IMG/VR virus record: IMGVR_UViG_3300037516_000306
Coordinates: 32,001-96,000 of that record
Strand: one strand, 5' to 3'
DNA: 64,000 nucleotides
From: a virus
In this document: positions 38,157 to 48,431 of the stretch, piece by piece
How the letters are laid out: each line of letters begins with the position of its first letter
Position numbering within the stretch: the stretch's first letter is position 1
Made by a program: the position numbers and the translations under genes
The notes under the pieces: generated by a model
Told to the model about the DNA's origin: nothing
Seen by the model: only the letters and a program-made list of their open reading frames with translations
The model's database searches: none

Positions 38157-39213
38157 ACTATTAAATGCAGAGGTTGAGAAAGGTCTTAATGATCTAAACA
38201 GAGGGATACCAATGGGATTTGATCGCTTGACTAGATATGTAGGTATTCGTAAGAGTATGTATTATCTTGTAGGTGGACTAACTGGTTCAGGTAAAACTTC
38301 GTTCATTGATGATGCTTTTGTTCTTAATCCTGTTGATTGGGCTCTTTCTAAAGAAGGCCTAGCTTCAGGTATAAAGGTGAAAGTGTGGTATAGGTCCATG
38401 GAGAGAAGTAGAACTTATAAGATGGCCAAATGGGTATCTCGTAAAATATTTCTAGACCAGGGTATTATTATTCCTGTAGGTAAGTTGCTTGGTTGGACTG
38501 AGAAGATGACTAAAGATGAACATGACTTGTTTCTACACTACAGAGATTATGTAGAACAACTAAGTGAAATCGTTACAATCATTGATGGACCAGAGAACCC
38601 TGTAGGTATAGCTAAAGAACTAAAAGACTATGCTCTACAGAATGGTGAAATACAGCAGCTTGACAAGTGGAATAAAATATATGTTCCTAATGATCCAAGT
38701 CAAATAACTATTGTGGTTATTGACCACATTGGTTTACTTAAGCTTACTAAAGATCAACCTACCAAGAAGCAAGCCATTGATAAGATGTCTGATGAGCTGA
38801 GATATGCTAGAGACTTCTATGGTTATTCACCAGTGGTTGTTAGTCAGTTCAATCGTGACATCTCTAATCCTGCAAGGATAAAGAATGGTGATGTAGAACC
38901 TCAACTAGAGGATTTTGCAGACAGTTCTGCAACACAGAATGATGCTGATGTTGTTATGGCATTATTTGATCCTATGAGATACAAGGTTGCAGACCCATCA
39001 GGTTATGATCTAGATAAACTAAAGGATGAGTTCGGTGCTAAGTATTTCAGAAGCTTAAGACTAATCAAGAATTCTTATGGTGAAGATGATGTGCGTATTG
39101 GTTTGGGCTTCTTAGGCCAGATTGGTATGTTCAAAGAGCTTCCTAGAAAGAAAGACATCACAGACAGTGATTATGAATCTATTACTAACAAATCATATTT
39201 CCTAAGAGAATGA
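38146..39213 (+). CDS. dnaB: DnaB-like replicative helicase
   Basis: GGLTGSGKT, SME, IDHIGL, VSQFNR and DADVV motifs. Confidence 0.9.
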   Translation: MSFELLNAEVEKGLNDLNRGIPMGFDRLTRYVGIRKSMYYLVGGLTGSGKTSFIDDAFVLNPVDWALSKEGLASGIKVKVWYRSMERSRTYKMAKWVSRKIFLDQGIIIPVGKLLGWTEKMTKDEHDLFLHYRDYVEQLSEIVTIIDGPENPVGIAKELKDYALQNGEIQQLDKWNKIYVPNDPSQITIVVIDHIGLLKLTKDQPTKKQAIDKMSDELRYARDFYGYSPVVVSQFNRDISNPARIKNGDVEPQLEDFADSSATQNDADVVMALFDPMRYKVADPSGYDLDKLKDEFGAKYFRSLRLIKNSYGEDDVRIGLGFLGQIGMFKELPRKKDITDSDYESITNKSYFLRE

Positions 39214-39422
39214 TAAGAAAAGAAAAACCAGAAGGATTTGTTCCTCTCTTTAAAGAGCAGAGCAATGAAGAACAATTCATGTTTAAGAATGATGAATGGG
39301 TTAGAACTAACGAAACAAACATTAGTGGAATGTGGTTTAATTGGGGAAGACGTGAAGATCAATCTAAATATGAAGATGAAGATAAATTTGTTGTTTATGG
39401 ATATATAAAGAAAGAAGAATGA
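39210..39422 (+). CDS. Hypothetical protein
   Basis: ATGA-coupled. Confidence 0.55.
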   Translation: MIRKEKPEGFVPLFKEQSNEEQFMFKNDEWVRTNETNISGMWFNWGRREDQSKYEDEDKFVVYGYIKKEE

Positions 39423-39634
39423 AATTAGATGACTTAATACAAGTTAAATCTGAATTGAAAAGATTTTCAGATACAGTGGATGAAGCTATTAAGTTAGCTA
39501 AAACTACAGAAGGTTGGAAGAGCTCAATAGATAATACTATTTTTGGCAAACATGATATCTCTGGTACCAGAATGTCTGGTGCTGTTAAGAGAAGAGCTTT
39601 AGATCTTAGATATTATTTAACAAAGAAGCTATGA
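39419..39634 (+). CDS. Hypothetical protein
   Basis: ATGA-coupled. Confidence 0.55.
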   Translation: MKLDDLIQVKSELKRFSDTVDEAIKLAKTTEGWKSSIDNTIFGKHDISGTRMSGAVKRRALDLRYYLTKKL

Positions 39635-40710
39635 CAAAATCAAAAGATGAAATACAACAAGAAATAATAAATACAATTGTAAATGCTAATTGTAAAGGAA
39701 TTGTATTATCTTCTGTTAGAAGTGGAAAAACAAGAATGATTTTAGAATCTATTAGAAAACATTCTTTAGAAGATGCCCCATTAATATTCTTAGCCTATCC
39801 CAATATAGATATCAAAAATTCTTGGGAAAAGGAATGTGAATTGATTGATTATCATCCAGAGTTTATATTCTCTACATTTATGTCTTTAGAAAAAATGAAG
39901 AGTGTAAAAGCATCATATTATATATTTGATGAAGCTCATTTGCTTGGAGAAGAAAATCAATTACCAATAGCAGGAAAAATAGCTAAGAACAATAAACATG
40001 TAATATTTGCTTCTGGTACATATAACAAAGAAACTCTTTCTGATATTAAACTATATACAGGAATGAAAATGATAGTTAACTATAGTACAGAAGAAGCAAT
40101 TAAAGATGGAATTGTAAGTGATTTTAGTATTTTTATTCATCAGTATGATTTAGACAATTCTAATTATATACAATTTGGAAAATTTAAAAAATGGAACTCT
40201 ACAGAAAAAAAAGAATGTAATAGACTTGGTAATAGAATTCTTAAAACTTATGGACAACAAAAAATGTTTGCTGCTTTAGAAAGAATGAGATTTATAAATT
40301 CTACAAATTCTTTATTTAATGCAGTAAATAATTGGATAAAATCTAATTCCAATGAAAGGTTTATATTGTTTAGCTCTAGTGAAAAAACAGGAGAGAGATA
40401 CGAACTTCCTATGTTTAACAGTAAAAGTAAAGATGATAGTGTATTGAAAGCATTTCAAGATGGTGATATAAATAAACTTTGTCTTATCAAGAAAGCATCT
40501 GCAGGTGTTACATTTCCTAATCTTTCTAATATTCTTATTACAGCTATTAATAGTAATGGTGAGAATCTAGAACAGATGATAGGTAGATCATTATTAGATG
40601 ATACAGAACATTCTAACATACATATATTTGTTAGCAATGAAACATTTCAACAGAATTGGCTTAAAAAAAGCTTAGAATCAATTAGTAAAAACAAAATAAA
40701 ATACATATAA
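39631..40710 (+). CDS. SF2 helicase (UvsW/ResIII-like)
   Basis: RSGKT, DEAH, SGT, GVTFP and QMIGRS motifs. Confidence 0.8.
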   Translation: MTKSKDEIQQEIINTIVNANCKGIVLSSVRSGKTRMILESIRKHSLEDAPLIFLAYPNIDIKNSWEKECELIDYHPEFIFSTFMSLEKMKSVKASYYIFDEAHLLGEENQLPIAGKIAKNNKHVIFASGTYNKETLSDIKLYTGMKMIVNYSTEEAIKDGIVSDFSIFIHQYDLDNSNYIQFGKFKKWNSTEKKECNRLGNRILKTYGQQKMFAALERMRFINSTNSLFNAVNNWIKSNSNERFILFSSSEKTGERYELPMFNSKSKDDSVLKAFQDGDINKLCLIKKASAGVTFPNLSNILITAINSNGENLEQMIGRSLLDDTEHSNIHIFVSNETFQQNWLKKSLESISKNKIKYI

Positions 40711-40712
40711 AA

Positions 40713-40744
40713 CTTGACTTTGTTGAGAATTTGTTGTATCTTTA
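40713..40744 (+). promoter_or_regulatory. Bacteroidota-type promoter
   Basis: CTTG-N20-TATCTTTA. Confidence 0.55.
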
Positions 40745-40784
40745 TAGAATAAAATTAAATAATTAATAACTAAAGCAAAAAACA

Positions 40785-41456
40785 ATGGCAAGTAAATTAG
40801 TAGGGATTGTTGGTGCAACAGGTACAGGTAAATCAACTAGTATCAAACATCTAAATCCAGAAGAAACGTACATTATTAATGTTGCAAAGAAGGAGCTTCC
40901 TTTTAAGGGCTCTGAGAAACTTTACAACGCAGAAAAGAAGAATTACAAGGAAGTAGATGATGCAAATGAGATCTCTCGTTTGTTGAAGACTATTTCTGAA
41001 AAAGCTCCTCACATTAAGAACATTATTATCGAAGACTCTAATTACATTATGGGATTCAATATAGTGGCAAAAGCAACTGAAGTGGGATTCACCAAGTTTA
41101 GCGTTATGGCTAGAGATATGGTTGATCTGTTTAGAACTGCTAGACAATTACGTGATGACATCACTGTGTTCTATTTAACTCACCCAGAAACTATTGAAGA
41201 TGGTGGAGAGATTATAGGATACAAAATCAAAACTGCAGGTAAATTGATTGATAACCAAGTGTTATTAGAAGGACTGTTAACTGTTTGTCTTTACACTAAC
41301 GTAGAGGAAACAAAAGATGGTGGTGCTACATATACATTTGTAACCAATCGATATAAGAAAATGCCTGCAAAGAGTCCAGATGGTATGTTTGCAGAAACAA
41401 AAATACCAAATGACTTACAACTAGTAGTGAATACATTAAATGAATATTATAACTAA
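40785..41456 (+). CDS. AAA_24/Sak4-like ATPase
   Basis: GATGTGKSTS, IIIED and AKSP motifs. Confidence 0.8.
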   Translation: MASKLVGIVGATGTGKSTSIKHLNPEETYIINVAKKELPFKGSEKLYNAEKKNYKEVDDANEISRLLKTISEKAPHIKNIIIEDSNYIMGFNIVAKATEVGFTKFSVMARDMVDLFRTARQLRDDITVFYLTHPETIEDGGEIIGYKIKTAGKLIDNQVLLEGLLTVCLYTNVEETKDGGATYTFVTNRYKKMPAKSPDGMFAETKIPNDLQLVVNTLNEYYN

Positions 41457-41468
41457 AATTAAATTAAG

Positions 41469-42341
41469 ATGAGTAGTATCGGAGGAAAAAAGAGAGAAAA
41501 CACAGGAAATAGTGATTTCGGAAAGAAAGTAGGTTTGTTTGAAGCAAACGTAATTGCAATTAACCCAACAATAGAAGAGTTTAAAGATAAACTTGGAATG
41601 GAACTTAAAGAAGATAGCAAAGCTGCTGAGTATTTAGGTGAAACAAAAGATGGTAACAGCTATCTACGTGTTGATTTCTGGTTAGAAGAAGTTAAAAATC
41701 AAGACAAATTTAAGGTGAGCTTCTTCTTGGAAGACAAGGAGAGAGAAAATAAAGATGGTACTAAGAATCAGTATATCAATTCTATTGGTATGTGTTCTTG
41801 GGCTGCTGATGAAAATGATCTGGCTGAATGGTTTACTAAAGGAAGAGATTATCGTGTAGCTTATACAGGTGAAGAAGATCTTTACAACTTTATGAGAACT
41901 TGGTTAGCTGATCTTGACTATCGTGATGCTGACACTGTTCTACAATTAGAATGGAAGAAGTTAATGAGAGGTAATGTTAAAGATTTGAAAGATCAAATTG
42001 GTGGTGAGTGGGCTAAATCTGTTGTAGCTCTTGCAACTGTAATAGTTAAAGAGAGAGATGGAGAGTCTAAAGAGTATCAAGGAATTTATAATAAAGCTTT
42101 CTTAGGTGGATATGCACTAAAACAATTCAGACTTGTTGATTATGGAAGTAAAAGAATTCAAACTGATCTTAAGAACAAGAAGCCTCGTGACTTAAAAGCA
42201 CATGAGAAGTTTGTTGTGAATGTTGTAGGTGAGTATGGTTGTAAAGACTATTTCACATTTAAAGACCTTCAAGACTATAATGCAGATGATAACCTTGTGG
42301 CCTCTGATGCTTATATCTCTGATGATGGTAGCGATTATTAA
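41469..42341 (+). CDS. Putative ssDNA-binding protein
   Basis: Follows Sak4-like ATPase; acidic aromatic-ended tail DDGSDY. Confidence 0.55.
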   Translation: MSSIGGKKRENTGNSDFGKKVGLFEANVIAINPTIEEFKDKLGMELKEDSKAAEYLGETKDGNSYLRVDFWLEEVKNQDKFKVSFFLEDKERENKDGTKNQYINSIGMCSWAADENDLAEWFTKGRDYRVAYTGEEDLYNFMRTWLADLDYRDADTVLQLEWKKLMRGNVKDLKDQIGGEWAKSVVALATVIVKERDGESKEYQGIYNKAFLGGYALKQFRLVDYGSKRIQTDLKNKKPRDLKAHEKFVVNVVGEYGCKDYFTFKDLQDYNADDNLVASDAYISDDGSDY

Positions 42342-42361
42342 TTCAATTAATTGTTAGTAAG

Positions 42362-42396
42362 AGCCCTCATCAGAAATGGTGAGGGTTTTTTATTTT
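42362..42396 (+). terminator. Intrinsic terminator
   Basis: AGCCCTCATCA-GAAA-TGGTGAGGGTT followed by TTTT. Confidence 0.8.
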
Positions 42397-42402
42397 AAAG
42401 CT

Positions 42403-43404
42403 ATGATAAAAGGAAGAAAAAGAATAAACTTAACACCTGATGCTATACTAGATAAGATATCTGAATATGATATCTATAAGATGTATATGCCACATCAGAA
42501 CTGGAAAATTAATGTAGTTACTTATTCTCCCTTTAGAAATGAAAAACATCCATCATTCATTATAGGATATAGAGGAGGAGCATTGAGATTTATAGATTTT
42601 GGAGATTCCAGCAAGAAAGGTGGATGCTTTGATTTTATAATGATGCTCTTCAATATACCATTGCGTGAAGCATTGATGATGATTGATAGAGATTTTGACC
42701 TAGGGATTATGAATGCATCCTCTACAAAGAATTACGAGAGGATTATTTCTGATTATGCACAACCAACTGCTACATCTAAACGTGAGTTCTTTATTCAAGT
42801 GAAAACAAGAAACTTCACACACGAAGAACTAGCATATTGGAATGGATATTATCAGGACATAGATGATCTTAGAGCTAACAATGTATATTCAATTGATACA
42901 GTATTTCTTAACAAACAAAAGTTTCCTATAAAGGATACAGAGTTGAGATTTGGTTATCTATATGAAGGACATTGGAAGATTTATAGACCATTTGCAGACA
43001 AGAAGAATAAGTGGATGCCTAATAATGTACCTATTACAATGATGGATGGACTACAAGATATCAAAGATTGTGATGTAGCATTTATCAATAAGAGTAAAAA
43101 GGATTACATGGTAATGAAAAAAGTATTTCCATGTTGTTGTGCTGTGCAGAATGAAGGACTTGGTTGTTTCTCTGAAGAGAACGTTGAGTACATTAAGGAA
43201 AATTCTGATGTCCAAATATTAAGCTTCGATAGTGATGAAACTGGTGTAAAGAATTCTCAACTGATAACTGAAAAGTTTGGGTTTGAGTATTGCAATGTAC
43301 CTAGAATCTATCTAGATGAAGGAATTAAAGATTGGGCTGATTTAGCACGCATACATGGATTAAAGACAATTGAGAAATATTTAACACAAAGAGAACTAAT
43401 ATGA
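42403..43404 (+). CDS. dnaG: DnaG-like primase
   Basis: SPFRNEKHPSF Zn-finger remnant, TOPRIM FDSDETG, KDWAD; start 42403. Confidence 0.85.
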   Translation: MIKGRKRINLTPDAILDKISEYDIYKMYMPHQNWKINVVTYSPFRNEKHPSFIIGYRGGALRFIDFGDSSKKGGCFDFIMMLFNIPLREALMMIDRDFDLGIMNASSTKNYERIISDYAQPTATSKREFFIQVKTRNFTHEELAYWNGYYQDIDDLRANNVYSIDTVFLNKQKFPIKDTELRFGYLYEGHWKIYRPFADKKNKWMPNNVPITMMDGLQDIKDCDVAFINKSKKDYMVMKKVFPCCCAVQNEGLGCFSEENVEYIKENSDVQILSFDSDETGVKNSQLITEKFGFEYCNVPRIYLDEGIKDWADLARIHGLKTIEKYLTQRELI

Positions 43405-43556
43405 GTATAGAAGAATTAATTACAGAGATTCAAGATAACATCGAATGGTTAGAAACTATGGATTTGCTTTTTGAAGTGGAATGCATTAGTGTAGAAAACT
43501 TAGAAGTTATACTTAGTAAATTTTTATCAAAAGAAATTAAATTAACATTAGAATAA
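43401..43556 (+). CDS. Small hypothetical protein
   Basis: MSIEELITEIQDNIEWLE...; fills the gap. Confidence 0.5.
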   Translation: MSIEELITEIQDNIEWLETMDLLFEVECISVENLEVILSKFLSKEIKLTLE

Positions 43557-43558
43557 TT

Positions 43559-44317
43559 ATGGAAAATTACAACACAGCAAGAGGGATGCTGCTAGCTGCA
43601 CCAGTTCCTCAACAGACACGCACTTACAAACCAGTGAGTCATTTAGAATTAATGGACCTAACACTTGAGAGTATTCATCAAGCAGGGTTTACCCTAGACC
43701 AAGAGCTTTACACCTCAGCAAGAGATGGTAAAGTTGCTAATGGTAAGTTCACAATTAAGAATGTAGCTGATAGTGAGATGCAATTACAAATAGGATGGCA
43801 GAATAGCTATGATAAATCATTATCATTGAAGTTTGCTATTGGTACCAGAATATTCATTTGTGAGAATGGATGTGTTAGTGGTGATTATGGAGCTTTCAAA
43901 CATAAACATGTTGGAGAGATTCAAACATTCACACCACAAGCTATCACAGATTACATTATGGATGCTGGAGAAGCTTTCACTAGAATGCAAACAGAGAGAG
44001 AATCAATGAAACAAATCATTCTTGATAGAAGAGCTCAGGCTGAACTAATAGGACGTATGATCATTGATGAACAATTCATTGAATCTACACAGCTTAACAT
44101 CATCAGGAGAGAGCTTGAGAAGCCTACACATGATTATGGTGCAGAGAATAGCTTATGGGAATTGTATCAGTTTACTACATTTAGTATGAAAGAGATGCAC
44201 CCAAGCTTATGGATGGGTAATCACATTGAAGCTCATTCATTCTTCTTAGATGCTGCAGGTCTTGTTAGCAAGCCTATTCGTAAACCAAATGTTCAATTAG
44301 AATTATTTGCTGTGTAA
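43559..44317 (+). CDS. DUF932-like protein
   Basis: YKPVSH, NSYDKS, RIFICENG and SLWELYQ motifs. Confidence 0.75.
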   Translation: MENYNTARGMLLAAPVPQQTRTYKPVSHLELMDLTLESIHQAGFTLDQELYTSARDGKVANGKFTIKNVADSEMQLQIGWQNSYDKSLSLKFAIGTRIFICENGCVSGDYGAFKHKHVGEIQTFTPQAITDYIMDAGEAFTRMQTERESMKQIILDRRAQAELIGRMIIDEQFIESTQLNIIRRELEKPTHDYGAENSLWELYQFTTFSMKEMHPSLWMGNHIEAHSFFLDAAGLVSKPIRKPNVQLELFAV

Positions 44318-44499
44318 TGGAAGAGCTTGTGCAATGGGCTAGATCATTGAAGAATGAACACCCAGATAAGTTTGATGAAATATGGGACTTTGTTTCTCTA
44401 TGTCATGATGAAATAGAAGAAGGAGGTTCTCCTACACACGAGATAGAATTATGTAAAGAATCAATTAGACAATTAATAGAAGATGACACAGAAAATTAA
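44317..44499 (+). CDS. Hypothetical protein
   Basis: Coupled ORF. Confidence 0.55.
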   Translation: MEELVQWARSLKNEHPDKFDEIWDFVSLCHDEIEEGGSPTHEIELCKESIRQLIEDDTEN

Positions 44500-44722
44500 A
44501 ATAGGAAACCTTACTGTTGAAGTGTTCTTCAATGAGTATGACAAAAAGAATAAAACTCAAAGACAAATTCCAGGTCATGATCTAACCATGAAAGATAGAT
44601 ATGCTATCAATAATGAATTAGATAATACTGATTTTGGAGAGTTTTATAAACATGAGAGTGGTGATATTGAAATCACAGGTATGTTCAATGTTGTAGATAG
44701 CAGAGGAGATGAATTGGACTAA
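44483..44722 (+). CDS. Hypothetical protein
   Basis: ORF track. Confidence 0.55.
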   Translation: MTQKIKIGNLTVEVFFNEYDKKNKTQRQIPGHDLTMKDRYAINNELDNTDFGEFYKHESGDIEITGMFNVVDSRGDELD

Positions 44723-45428
44723 TTTCAAATCACAATTTCATCCATCATGGCATGCTAAGATGAGGTCATTCATAGAGAGTGAACAGTGTGATAAGATTTA
44801 TGCATTTCTAAAAGCAGAGAGTAAGAGGGGTAAAAGAGTTGCCCCTCTCTCTAATGCTGTTTGGAGATGTTTCTTTGAGACACCATTAGATGAAGTTAAA
44901 GTGGTGATGGTGGGCCTATGTCCTTATCACACACTTAGAGATGATGCTCCAGTAGCAGATGGATTACTTATGGGTTGTTCTATAACAGGTAAATTACAAC
45001 CTACACTAGAACAGTTCTATTCAGGTATTGAGAAAGAGTTGTATAATGGATTGAATCTAAACTATAGACCAACACCAGATGTAACTTATCTATCAGCACA
45101 GGGAGTGTTAATGTTAAACGCAGCTCTAACCACAGAAATTAATAAAGCAGGCTCTCATTTAGATATATGGGAACCATTTATGAAATATCTGTTTGAAGAG
45201 GTGATTAACTATTTAGGAGTGCCTATAGTGTTTCTTGGTAAAGATGCAGCTAGGTATAAGAAATATACAGGAATCTTTGCTCATGTGTTTGAACTTAGTC
45301 ATCCAGCAAGTGCTGCTTACAAGAACAGCGAATGGGATACAGAGGGAACATTTAGCAAGATAGATGTATTATTAGAAGAAAACAATGGATTTGGTGTACA
45401 ATGGTTAGACATGGATACACCGTTTTAA
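44709..45428 (+). CDS. ung: Family 1 uracil-DNA glycosylase homologue with variant active site
   Basis: TPLDEVKVVMVGLCPYH, QGVLMLNAALT, GSH...WEPF and LSHPAS motifs. Confidence 0.85.
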   Translation: MNWTNFKSQFHPSWHAKMRSFIESEQCDKIYAFLKAESKRGKRVAPLSNAVWRCFFETPLDEVKVVMVGLCPYHTLRDDAPVADGLLMGCSITGKLQPTLEQFYSGIEKELYNGLNLNYRPTPDVTYLSAQGVLMLNAALTTEINKAGSHLDIWEPFMKYLFEEVINYLGVPIVFLGKDAARYKKYTGIFAHVFELSHPASAAYKNSEWDTEGTFSKIDVLLEENNGFGVQWLDMDTPF

Positions 45429-45447
45429 CAATTAAAAAATAGAAAAC

Positions 45448-45771
45448 ATGGCAGAAGCAACAACAGGTCAATTAGATCAAATGATTGAAAGTAAAATCAA
45501 TCAAAAAATAAATGATTTTACTCGAAGTCTAACAGATCAAATACAGAAGTTTCTTGAAGACAATGGGGAATATTCTCCAACTAGAATTCAAGTGGCAGAT
45601 GAATGGAAATCACAAGGTCATAATGGTAGCAAATCTCCAACTAGTTACACTAGTGTTTATTTAAGTGATTTTAATAAATCACTTTCTACTGGAATAGGTG
45701 ATGCTGTTAAGAAAAAGATGATTGCTAGAGCAACAAAAGATTTATTAGATAAAGTATCATTATTAAGTTAA
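45448..45771 (+). CDS. Hypothetical protein
   Basis: ORF track. Confidence 0.6.
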   Translation: MAEATTGQLDQMIESKINQKINDFTRSLTDQIQKFLEDNGEYSPTRIQVADEWKSQGHNGSKSPTSYTSVYLSDFNKSLSTGIGDAVKKKMIARATKDLLDKVSLLS

Positions 45772-45776
45772 GTATT

Positions 45777-46067
45777 ATGGAAAACAGAGAAATTACAATT
45801 GAAGAATTGGAAAAAGGAGATGAAGTGATCATTCATGGGAATGGTTACATCCAATATGTGAGAGTTCTTAGACCACTAAAATTAGGTAAGGTTCCTAATT
45901 GGAGAGGTGACACATATTATTCTAGAGTGAAATGTTCTTTTGTAGAACCTTCTACACATTCATGGGATAGAAGAGGAACATTAACAGGAGAAGGACACAA
46001 TAAAGAGAAATACGTAGATTTTAATTACAGAAACATTTGGTTAGTAAAAAGAGAAAATAACAATTAA
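45777..46067 (+). CDS. Hypothetical protein
   Basis: ORF track. Confidence 0.6.
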   Translation: MENREITIEELEKGDEVIIHGNGYIQYVRVLRPLKLGKVPNWRGDTYYSRVKCSFVEPSTHSWDRRGTLTGEGHNKEKYVDFNYRNIWLVKRENNN

Positions 46068-46078
46068 ATTAAAGCAAG

Positions 46079-48376
46079 ATGATTTTAGAAAAACAGACAG
46101 AAGCAAACGTCCTAACAGAAGGACAATCACAAGAGAGTATAGGAATGTCACTAGACTTAGATTCTGCACAGATATTGATGCAGATGTTAAGTAAGAATTT
46201 ATATTCTGATGACATAGGTTCTGCTATCCGAGAATGTGCATCCAATGCACTAGATAGCCATAGAAGAGCTGGAGTGGACACTCCTATCATTGTATCATTT
46301 AAATCTTCTACAGATTACAACTATGAATTTTGTGTAGAGGATTTTGGTATTGGTCTAGATGCTGATGATGTGAAGAACATTATCAGTAAATATGGTAAAT
46401 CAACTAAGCGTAACAGTAATACTGAGCTTGGTATGATGGGACTAGGTTTCAAAGCACCTCTTGCATACTCTAGTAGCTTTTACTTCGTATGTAGAAAAGA
46501 TGGAATGGAACGTAAGTACATGATGTATGAAGGAGAAGATACTAACACTATCGATCTTTTGTATGAAGCAGAAACATCAGAAGCTAACGGTGTAAAGATT
46601 ATCATACCTGTTAAATACAGTGATGCATATCAGTTCCGTAAGAAGATTAAAGAGCAACTATGTTATTTCGAGAGTGTATATTTTGATGTACCAGATGATT
46701 CTACAATCACTAATGATTTTGTTATCTCTAGACATACACACTTCCAGTTCTCTGAGATGAGTACAGATGATAAGTTACACATTTGTTTAGATAATGTGTA
46801 TTATCCTCTAGACTTTGAGAAGGTGGGTATTGATAGAATTGAGTTCCCTGTAGCTCTTAGATTTTCATTGAGTGATGGATTATATCCAACTCCTAATAGA
46901 GAGTCTCTTAGATACACTCAGGAAGCTAAACAAATCATCTTAAACAAACTTGCTGATGTAGCAGATTATTTTGTTACTAAGTATAATGAGCAATTAACAG
47001 AAGGAGGTGACATTAAATCTGTAGTTAATTATCTAGAGAAGAATGGTCATAAACTTACAATGGCTGATGGTAGTTCAAGAAGAATTGATGATTTCATGAA
47101 GTATTCTAAAATACAAATTGCTGTTCCAGAGATAGAAGGTGTTAACCTGATTAACTTTCCTTCTTTATACAAATTGCGTAAATCTGAGATGTTAAATTAT
47201 GCATTTCCTTCTAAGTTCTTATTGAGATATAAAAGAATGCAAGATACAGATAAACATTATGTATATGGATATACAATAGAAAGTATTTGTACTGGTCATG
47301 CTAAAGTGTGGGTATTTAATGATAGAATTCCTGGTATCAAGAAAGATTATCTAAGAGCTACATGTGAAGAAGGTAAGTACAATTTTATGGTTAAAAGAAA
47401 TGGTCCTATGAAACTAGGAATCCCTGCTAAATTTGACAGTAATACTTATTATCATTTACTAGAGCTTGCTAATTATTCAAAAGATCAGTGGAGAGCTGTT
47501 ATCAAAGAATATCAACACATCATCTCTTTGATTGAAGCACAGTTTATTGATCTTGATGAAATGGTTGTACCACAATCTTTTATTGATAGCAAGAAGAAAG
47601 CTAAAGTGGCTTCTACTACATCAACTGGTAAGAGACTTAAGATTCAGGGAGAGATTGTTTGTAAGAAAGCTGTTGAATTGATGCGATATAATGATGGTAG
47701 AAACTGTAAGTTTGATTCTCAATTATATAAGTTAGAAGATCTTGAGAGTGCTAAGCACCTGAAGGTTTATGCTCACCATGATGACTATTTGAAGCTTGAT
47801 GCTTTGTATGGAATTATGGGTAAACAGAAGATGGAAGTAATTACATTTTCTGCTAGAGAACTTAAAATAGTAGAACAATTAGACATTCACAATTTAATAT
47901 CATACGACAAATTTATGGAGGGGAAAACAGCACCATTTAAAAGAATAGTTACAGCAACACTTATTGATAACTTAATGAGCAAATACAGATATGTGTTTGA
48001 GAAATCTCAAATGTTTAAACATACATCTACTGACTTTTATAAGAAGTTGGAAGAATTGGCTGATTACAAGCGTGCTAATTATGTATGTGCAAACAGTGAT
48101 TTGAACAAATCTATGTTAGCAGTGGCTGAAGAGCACAAACTATTTGATAATAACATCTATCCAGAGTATTTACAGATGATAGATATATTGAATAAACTTA
48201 CATTTATTAATCCTTTAGCTAAGACTATGGGTTATTTTAATGAAGATGATCAGATGGTAGGTGTAGTGACTGATTTATTCAAGTATTACAAACACAGAGT
48301 AGATTTTAAACATTACAACATTAAAATTAATGATGAAGTGTTAACAGAAGAAACAATAGAAGATTTAGTAGATTAA
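46079..48376 (+). CDS. rIIA: rIIA-like protein with GHKL ATPase domain
   Basis: LYSD...IRECASNALDSH, DFGIG, GKSTK, GMMGLGFK and TPNRESL motifs. Confidence 0.85.
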   Translation: MILEKQTEANVLTEGQSQESIGMSLDLDSAQILMQMLSKNLYSDDIGSAIRECASNALDSHRRAGVDTPIIVSFKSSTDYNYEFCVEDFGIGLDADDVKNIISKYGKSTKRNSNTELGMMGLGFKAPLAYSSSFYFVCRKDGMERKYMMYEGEDTNTIDLLYEAETSEANGVKIIIPVKYSDAYQFRKKIKEQLCYFESVYFDVPDDSTITNDFVISRHTHFQFSEMSTDDKLHICLDNVYYPLDFEKVGIDRIEFPVALRFSLSDGLYPTPNRESLRYTQEAKQIILNKLADVADYFVTKYNEQLTEGGDIKSVVNYLEKNGHKLTMADGSSRRIDDFMKYSKIQIAVPEIEGVNLINFPSLYKLRKSEMLNYAFPSKFLLRYKRMQDTDKHYVYGYTIESICTGHAKVWVFNDRIPGIKKDYLRATCEEGKYNFMVKRNGPMKLGIPAKFDSNTYYHLLELANYSKDQWRAVIKEYQHIISLIEAQFIDLDEMVVPQSFIDSKKKAKVASTTSTGKRLKIQGEIVCKKAVELMRYNDGRNCKFDSQLYKLEDLESAKHLKVYAHHDDYLKLDALYGIMGKQKMEVITFSARELKIVEQLDIHNLISYDKFMEGKTAPFKRIVTATLIDNLMSKYRYVFEKSQMFKHTSTDFYKKLEELADYKRANYVCANSDLNKSMLAVAEEHKLFDNNIYPEYLQMIDILNKLTFINPLAKTMGYFNEDDQMVGVVTDLFKYYKHRVDFKHYNIKINDEVLTEETIEDLVD

Positions 48377-48431
48377 AGAAAGGGGGGAGAAATCCCCTCT
48401 TATTAAAAAGTAACAATTAAAATTAAATACA

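Noticed and set aside
43080-43105. Inactive primase because the TOPRIM Glu is absent (INKSKKD)
   Set aside because: As I recall, crAss-like primases commonly show this K-S-x-K-D pattern, and the DxD motif is intact
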